A stretch of 64,000 nucleotides of DNA from Eledone cirrhosa (lineage: Eukaryota), in the NCBI GenBank assembly GCA_964016885.1, contig OZ024745.1, forward strand, positions 113,212,001 to 113,276,000, in the 5' to 3' direction. Made by a program: the position numbers and the translations under genes. How positions within the stretch are numbered: the stretch's first letter is position 1; each line of letters opens with the position of its first letter. The notes beneath the pieces are model-generated. The model saw only the letters and a program-made list of their open reading frames with translations. It was not told the origin of the DNA and searched no databases. Shown here in pieces: positions 56,424-64,000 of the stretch.

Positions 56424-58238
56424 TAAAAACTTTACTCTATATGCATATAGCGCTAAGTATATGTATATCATGTCTTCATCTACTTACCGCCACAAGAATT
56501 TGAATGATATATGATTTCATTTAAAAAACACCTTCTAAATTTCTAATAATTTACAAATATCGTACATTTATGACTCCAAAATAAAATTTTCTTTTATATA
56601 TATCTGAAACCAAACATGTCTGCAGGAAGAATGGAAATATTTATTACCATCTGGTTTGGAATCGCTCGTTTTCGGTGTATACGATTGTCAGAAACATTTG
56701 ATTGTCAGAGAAGCTATAGAAGTGTTGCTATAAACCCATTATCTGTTAGAATAACCTGAAGTTGAATTGGACTACTAACATTCCGTGGAATATATATAAA
56801 TAGGGAGAGAAAGAGAGGTGTTTTCATTGGATATCAACTCAGCTGGTCATTCAAAGGATAGAGATTATTCTGATTCATATAAAATCAAAATGACAGGTAA
56901 TCAATGTGTAGTAGGGGTTTATTCTGAGTTAGTGGACTACATGATGCTGTTTCGATTCTTGGCTGAAATCGATTTACGTCAATTGTACATGTAACTGCCT
57001 TGAAATCTATTAGATTTTAAAGCCTTCACCTATTTTGTATTCCCTTATAAATCCGATATTTTGTGTGAATAGAAATACTGAAAAATACTAATAAAACCAC
57101 AAATCGATAAAGTGCATTACTTCGATATATTACGCTTAGTAAATATGACTATTTGGACAATTAGCAGAAGAAAGATTGGGTCCTTGTTATATAATCAATG
57201 TTAGGTTGGATCGAAACTGGTTTTGTAACGAGATAGTCTTAGTTGTATTGACGATTAATTGACCGTCTGTTGGTTAAATGCGTGATTAGCCTTGCACTTG
57301 TACGTTCAATTGCAATTGTTTTAATGTAGAACTAATATATTAACCGTATTAATCCTTAACACACAACGTAGTATCCAAAACAAAAAACAAAAAAAAACTT
57401 TCAATAGATCCGTTTATGTGCACAATAATTCTGAATTCGTAGCTTGGCTGTGATGCAGTGAAGAAAGCAGTGGAGGATTTCTTCTTTCTATATTTATTGC
57501 AGTAAACCAAATGCTTAAAGACTCCGTTATATCGAGCACTTTCAGGGATTATTTCGCGTTTAGCAGGACAGAAACGTGGCTTAGCATATGTACGACTTGC
57601 TGTAACATAATTTGTGTTTTGACACAAAAGGTAGTGTGTACTGACGTGATGTATTAAACTTACTTAACGTGTAGTAAAGCACGTTGAAGAAATTGAAAAC
57701 TAAAAAAAAATGACGTTCTTATATGCATGCCGTTTACTTACCCAAACAATAAAGCGACATCAGATAACGAAAGAAGAGCGAAAAATATATGACTATTTAC
57801 TCAGTTAATGCAATGTTTGGTTGTACGAATATTATGCCAATTACTTATACGAAAATGATTTCATATATAGAAGATTGTCTTGCCTTTTCCGTTTAGTCCC
57901 TGTTCCATAATATTCTGCTTGGAAATTAAGCAACTATAATTAGGAATTTCTGCATGTACTTATGCCTAAGTGTCGGCACAGACACACACACCCACACATA
58001 CAAACACACAGACACACACACACACACATACACACACACATACACATAGACACAGAGACACGCACACACAAGGGCACAGGCGTGTGTGTCAGCCAAGTGG
58101 AAAAACTTCAATTATATGGAGACAATCTTCAAAATTTCAAAATGGAAATACCCTTTGTGGTTGTTGCTGTTTAGAAACCGAAGGAGAATCAAGAATTAGA
58201 AGTACTAACTATTTCAGCATATATGTATATACATATAC

Positions 58239-58380
<142 letters not shown>

Positions 58381-58404
58381 TTATTTATATATATATATTG
58401 GTTG

Positions 58405-58538
58405 TAAGTATGTATGTATACGTACATACATATATGTATACAGACGTACAGTAGCATGCATGACGTTTACAAACGAACAAAGCGGCGTTATAATAAGCGT
58501 CCGCTAAACTGATGCGTGCATATATGTATGTGTACCTG

Positions 58539-58594
<56 letters not shown>

Positions 58595-58700
58595 TGCTAC
58601 TGTACGTCTGTATACATATATGTATGTACGTATACATACATACTTACATTTAAGTAAGTGCCATACTAAGAGTGAGAAATGAAATTTCGTTTTCATTTTA
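58405..58700. mobile_element. Family E fold-back copy (diverged)
   Basis: 58405-58460 is inverted at 58591-58646. The remainder matches 32510-32560 and 32205-32262 on the minus strand. Confidence 0.75.
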
Positions 58701-58783
58701 TTTCAACCTATATATTGGTTAATATACTTTAATATATTCTTTTTATTGATTTATATTCACCATACCTTCCGTAGGTAATATGT

Positions 58784-60304
58784 TCGTCGCAACCGCCTCA
58801 TCACCAACATCTCGGAGGACAACCTGCCTGAGGCCCAGTATGGGTTCCGCCCAAACCGCAGCACGATTGACATTATCTTCTCTGTACGGCAGGTGTAGGA
58901 GAAATGTGTCGAGCAGAATATGGACCCCTTTGCCGTCTTCATAGACTTGACGAAAGCCCTCGACACTGTCAATAGGGAGGCACTCTGGTTGATCCTGTCG
59001 AAGTTTGGATGCCCTACCAAGTTCGAGAACCTGATACGGCAATTCCCGACGACATGACCGGGCAGGTATGCTCGGGCGGAGAGGCATCGGAGCCGTTCGG
59101 AATCACCAACGGCGTCAAGCAAGGATGTGTGCTGGTTCCCGTCCTCTTCAATATGTTTTTCACATGCGTGCTCAATCATGCCGCCAGGGACCTCGAGCAC
59201 GGAGTGTATCTGCGATACAGACTGGACGGCTCCCTGTTTGACCGTGCAGAGGATCGTCAAGGAGGCACTTTTTCTAACGACTGTGCCCTCATGGCACACA
59301 GGGAGTCTGACTTCCAAGTCATCGTCAATAAGTTCTCGGAGGCCTCCTGCCTCTTCGGTCTCACAATTAGCCTTGGCATGACTGAGGTCCTGTTCCAGCC
59401 TGCCCCTGCCTCCGTCGCCCACCCTCCTTCCATTTCCATCGGAGGCACCCAGCTAAAGACGGTGGACGACTTCAAGTACCTCGGCAGTATCATCAGCAGC
59501 GATGGAAGCCTTGACAAGGAGATAAACGCCAGAATCTGCAAGGTCAGTCAAGCCCTCGGCCCCCTGAGGACACGCGTCCTGAACCAGCACAACTTCAGGC
59601 AGTCCACCAAGCTCAAGGTGTACAGGGCCGTTGTTCTCACCAGCCTCCTCCTCTACGGATGTGAGACATGGACCCTGTACAGAAGGCACCTGAAGCAGCT
59701 GGAACGGTTCCGCCTGCGGTCAATCATGAACATCAAATGGCAGGACAAGGTCTCCAGCCTCGAAGTTCTTGACATGGCTGAGACAACCAGTGCCGAAGCT
59801 ATGATACTGAAGAGCCGACTTCGATTGGGGGTGGGGTGGGGTGGGGGTGGGGGGTGGGGGGTGGGGGTCATGTCATCCGGATGAACGATCACAGGCTTCC
59901 GAAGCAACTGATATATGGGGAACTCTGGAACTCTGTTCGGGGAAACGAAAGCAGGGCAGGCCTCTCAAGAAGTTCAAAGACTGTGAAGTCCAGCATCAAC
60001 AACACTGCAATCGCCCCAATGCAACTCGAGTCCCATGCTCAGGACAGGACTGAGTGGCGAGCCCTTACCAGACGCACAATGAATCTTTTGAAGAGAAGAG
60101 ACGGGCAGAGGTCACTGAGGCCCGTGAAAGGAGGAGAAAGGCATCAACAGCTGCCCCAAGCGACTCCGGTCTCTTCTCCTGCCCCCACTGTCCCCGGACC
60201 TACAAGTCAAGGATCGGCCTCCACAGCCACCTTCGCACCCACGGCAGCTCGGGAACAAGAATGAAGAAGCTCTCATCATCGTTTACGATGGACAACCAAG
60301 AAGA
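58784..60304 (+). mobile_element. RTE-BovB-like LINE, 5'-truncated and frameshifted, followed by (TATG)n
   Basis: LPEAQYGFRPNRSTIDIIF, DLTKALDTVNREALW, GVKQGCVLVPVLF, YRLDGSLF, FKYLGSII and terminal C2H2 CPHCPRTYKSRIGLHSHLRTH. Visibly GC-rich. Confidence 0.9.
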
Positions 60305-60404
60305 TGTATATTTATAAGTGTGTATGTATGTATGTATGTATGTATGTATGTATGTATGTATGTATGTATGTATGTATGTATGTATGTATGTATGTATGTA
60401 TGTT

Positions 60405-60927
60405 GCCAGTTTAGTCGCTTAGTGAGGAGGGTGACTTTGCACATCCTGCAGGACTAAAAACAAAACCTGTCAAAGGGCAAAGGAGCTCTTAAGAGTCAAT
60501 GGCCATCCAAAATCACCGGGAGAGGTGACCCCTTAGCCTTTGTCAAGGCAGAATTCTAGGAGAAGGAAAACTCTGATATAACACCTGCAACCCTGATGGT
60601 ATCCAATGATGTTGACTTGTTCTTCTTTTTGGTAAATATCATCTTGGTTAAGAGAGTGGGACTGGCTTTGTGCAGTGCCTTTGCTCACTATAAAAGCTTC
60701 ACGGCACAGGCATTGCTTTATATCTGGAGATCTCTCTGCACTTGTCGTCACATGGTACCTTGGGCCCAGCACTATGTGTCAATAATTGTCACAAGTGTAG
60801 TGTTTATACCAGAGTTTTCAATTCGCTGGCTGGACTAAAAAGTCACACTCGTTCAGCGCATCGGTGGGGGTTCTCCTACATGGATATAAAGTAGTGGCCG
60901 TACTCGAAAATGAGTTGGCAGCCACCA
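60405..60927 (+). mobile_element. Bipartite non-autonomous RTE derivative (5' UTR fused to 3' end)
   Basis: RTE 5'UTR-like TCTAGGAGAAGGAAAACTCTGA block joined at ~60647 to the C2H2 3' end. (TATG)n on both sides. Confidence 0.6.
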
Positions 60928-62894
60928 TGTATGTATGTATGTATGGATGGATGGATGTTTGTATGTATGCATGCATGCATGCATGTATTTATGTATGAAA
61001 GTATTCATGTATGTATGTATATATATGTTTGTATTCGTGTATGTCTATATGTATGTATGTGTGTATGCATATGCTCGTGCGAATGAAGCTTTTCTAGGGA
61101 CAGTAATTCACACACAACGGAGTTAATAGCATTAAGAATGATGTTTAGACATCTATGATGCTGATGCTGCTGTTGTTGTTTTTATTGTTATAGTTGAAGA
61201 TGATGATGATGATGATGATGGTGTTGATGATGGTCGATAATTTTCTTTTAGCACAAACTAAAGATTTCCGTCGAAAATTGACATCTCTTATGGAAGACAT
61301 TATTACTTAATGACTATTGGTGTGGACATCGTCAACATAGCAGAATATATGGTAATGTATAATATTTTCTATTCTTCGTGTTTATCTTCTTATTATTGTT
61401 TCAATTTTTCTGTTGATAATATTGATGACGCGGAGGAAGAAGAGGGGGGATGATAAGAGTGATAATGAGGTGAATTAGATGATGATGATGTAGATGGCGA
61501 TGATTGTTGCTTTTTTCTCAAGGGCATTGAAGAGGCATTTGATCAAAGGGTGTTTTCGAGCGTGACCTTCCTGTATTTTTGTATATAAGTGAATACGTTT
61601 TCCAATGTATTCTTCTTGATTATAGATGATAGGGTGATTTGGTTGTATTTGTAGTCGTATGAGCGAACACGTAGGCACTTTATTATTTCTCTGAGTGTTT
61701 TAATGTATGCTAATTCATAAGAAAGGCGAGTGTCTGTTTCACTGATACATGTAATGGCTGCGATTCGGACCAGTTAACGAAGTCTTACTTTTTATTTCCT
61801 CTTTCTGTGAAGAATCTAAAAACTATATGCCTGAAAACTGTAAATCTGGTTATATGTTGATGATGCATGTGCACAGAAAACCAATAGGATGTAAATCAGG
61901 ATATCTTCTATATGTCAGAGTGTGTGCTCTAAAGCAACTTTTAGTTTCACATTATTCTTAAGAAGGAAGAGCGTACAAAACATAATTAGCATCCAACTGT
62001 ATTGGGTTAAATGTATGCCGAAGAAAGTTTAATTAGTGCGTTCTGTAATGAAGTAATCTGATAGGAAATTTCACAATCAACAGATGATAGTGATATCGAT
62101 TTCTAATGTTGGAAAAGGCAAGAAATTTGGAGACGTGGGAATGTTAATTGTATCGAACATAGTACGTGATTGTTTATTTTATTAACATCGGAAGGATGAA
62201 AGGCAAAGTTGATCTCAGAGGGATGTGAGCTCAGAACTTAAAGAGCTGGAAAAGGCAATAAAGACGTTTTATCCAACCCTCGACAAAATGGACGAAACGG
62301 CCAAAAGTGACGAGTCCAAACTGCCATTAGAAATAGCAGTCAATATAGAGCGTTTAAGATGATTCTATAGCAACCTACCCTCAATGATTTTGCTCTATAT
62401 GTACTTGCTTCCCTGAATGAGATTATTTTACCGATCTCTTTTCATTGAAATATTATGCATATTTTGTTAATTTTAGTTATGCATAATATGCTGTTCACTA
62501 TATGGTGAGCTGGTAGACGGTCTATATTGACTGCTATTTCTAATAGTAGGTTGGACTCGTCATTATACGAATATTTACCTTGTTGACAGATCTACGTATG
62601 GGTGTAAGATTAATTTCTTATACCATGCGGGTTAAATGAAGAATGAACACACATCTATTAACGGGTGTATATATAAATAAATCCTCTGAAGAGAAGTCTA
62701 TGCTGTTAACGATGGTCATATCAATCTATTTAAGGGCTATCTGTTAATCTTTTGGATTTTGAAACTGCAATAAGGATATGTTTTCTTTTATCCCTAGGGA
62801 ATGGTGTTTCTACAAAAATCTACTCCTCAATGATTTTGTATATAATGTTCTATTTGTATTTGTAGTTCTGAATAAGATTATTTTAGCGACGTGA

Positions 62895-63000
62895 GTACGA
62901 TACTGGATGCACTGCGGAAGAACTGGCAAACGCTATGAGAGACAGAGATGGATGGAGGAAACGTGTCGTAGAAAGCCGAGCAAGCTCGACCTAATGACGA
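62895..63000 (+). mobile_element. RTE LINE extreme 3' fragment
   Basis: Matches 31701-31790. Confidence 0.8.
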
Positions 63001-63044
63001 TTTTTCATTGAGATATTATATATATTCAGACAAATTTAATTATG

Positions 63045-63235
<191 letters not shown>

Positions 63236-63515
63236 TATATATATGGAGGAATTTGTAGTTTACTTGACGTATTGTATATGGTATAAAGAATTCGAAGTTT
63301 GAAAGCCACGACAATGAGAAATGGACGAATAAGTAAATAAACATGACAGATGAAACAAGAAGTGTTTTGACATTAATTTATTTATATGTCTTGATATTTC
63401 AAGATTAAAATCTCATCTTCCGATGAAAATATAGGGACTATTCCAGTGTCCGGTGTGGCTCGCTATGGCCTAGGTCCACACCCACCGAAACCTATCAAAA
63501 TTATCATAGATATAG

Positions 63516-63640
<125 letters not shown>

Positions 63641-63900
63641 GGACATATAATATATATATATATATAGAGAGAGAATAATAATAAATTTGAAGACTAAATT
63701 CCAAAGAGGGCTCGATAAGGATAAATATATATCACATATATAAGAACCGTAGAGTAAATATTTATCAAATATTGTTATTTTAATAAATAATTTATATATA
63801 TATATTGACAATATATATATATATATAAATATATATATTGACTACCTTGATTAAATCTTAACCATTTAACATGTCAGGGTATGTCATGTATCATTTTATT

Positions 63901-63962
63901 TTATCTGATGAGGACGTACTATTGAATTTGATTCAAGTACCTCTGAAATATGTATAATAAAA
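63901..63962 (+). ncRNA. HHR-like motif (family I)
   Basis: TTAT-CTGATGA-GGACGTACTATTGAAT-TTG-ATTCAAGTACCTCT-GAAA-TATG-TA-TAATAAAA. Long stem II, but the stem I register is imperfect. Confidence 0.55.
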
Positions 63963-64000
63963 TTTTTAATTGATCACAAGAACATCTATTTTATTTTATT

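Noticed and set aside
60405-60600. HDV-like ribozyme in the RTE 5' UTR
   Set aside because: I could not assign the P1/P2/P3/P1.1 pairings by eye. It is left as a check and not claimed.
61500-62070. Possible decayed GIY-YIG/PLE remnant (QEEYIG) on the minus strand
   Set aside because: Only one short motif is present, which is insufficient without a profile search.

Overview
AT-rich, microsatellite-saturated eukaryotic DNA that is intronic or intergenic in character. The SINE types and repeat landscape suggest an octopod cephalopod, which is an inference and not verified. No intact host protein-coding gene is visible, and most ORFs in the track are translations of (TA)n, (CA)n or (TAA)n repeats. 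The window is a patchwork of decayed transposable elements: Tx1-type, RTE, RTE-BovB-like and R4/Dong-like LINEs, two Penelope-like elements (PLEs), an hAT-type transposase remnant, a non-autonomous Helitron and two tRNA-derived SINE families. The most notable signal is non-coding. At least nine unrelated short sequence families, mostly embedded in (TA)n tracts, each carry a minimal type-I hammerhead-ribozyme (HHR) motif: stem I - CUGANGA (or the compensated UUGAAAA) - stem II - GAAA - short, often palindromic stem III - UH. Many occur as 100-360 bp fold-back palindromes or as one-monomer-plus-short-repeat units of 315-450 bp. One family is the 3' terminal repeat of the Penelope element at 34650-37270, which ties the set to PLE retrotransposition. 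Several inversion or truncation points fall on the ribozyme stem II/GAAA. PLE-associated HHRs are already known. The density, family diversity and fold-back architecture seen here are what merit follow-up. All motifs were read by eye, and catalytic activity is untested.
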